Positions 63,976 to 64,000 of a stretch of DNA of 64,000 bases are shown here, one piece after another. The DNA lies in assembly GCA_030324005.1 (NCBI GenBank), contig JARDVH010000110.1, positions 9,166,776 to 9,230,775 on the forward strand, written 5' to 3'. The notes beneath the pieces were generated by a model. The model had not been told where the DNA came from, did not search any database, and saw nothing but the letters and a program-made list of their open reading frames with translations. Position numbers and translations under genes: made by a program. Each line of letters starts with the position of its first letter. Position 1 is the stretch's first letter. The stretch comes from Negaprion brevirostris. Taxonomy: Eukaryota.

Positions 63976-64000
63976 CCTCTCTCTCTCTCTCTCTCTCTCT
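63976..64000 (+). repeat. (CT)n microsatellite running off the window end
   Basis: ctctctctct... Confidence 0.9.

Overview
Eukaryotic, gap-rich draft assembly. It is very likely a cartilaginous fish (shark), judging by the HE1-type V-SINEs, CR1/HER1-like LINEs, Deu-domain SINEs and Penelope repeats. The window is almost entirely intronic sequence of FBXW11 (beta-TrCP2) on the + strand. Two phase-0 coding exons are recognisable: 13200-13301 ([10 protein letters not shown]...VRCLQ) and 62169-62231 (NTSGMEDQNEDESPKKNTVWQ), about 49 kb apart. The intervening DNA is mostly decayed retroelements (CR1, Rex1/Babar, a CR1/L2-group LINE, Penelope-like elements and several SINE families) plus a few DNA-transposon remnants. 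The most unusual items are: (1) a U2 snRNA-derived element whose first 31 nt are perfect while its body is rewritten, with an A-rich tail (51165-51386, minus); (2) an open C-terminal fragment of a GPR139/142-like GPCR antisense in the intron, next to a gap; (3) Penelope terminal repeats carrying degenerate minimal hammerhead ribozyme motifs; (4) several local inverted duplications. No prokaryotic features, CRISPR arrays, rRNA or true tRNA genes were seen. Repeat boundaries and family names come from reading by eye and are approximate.
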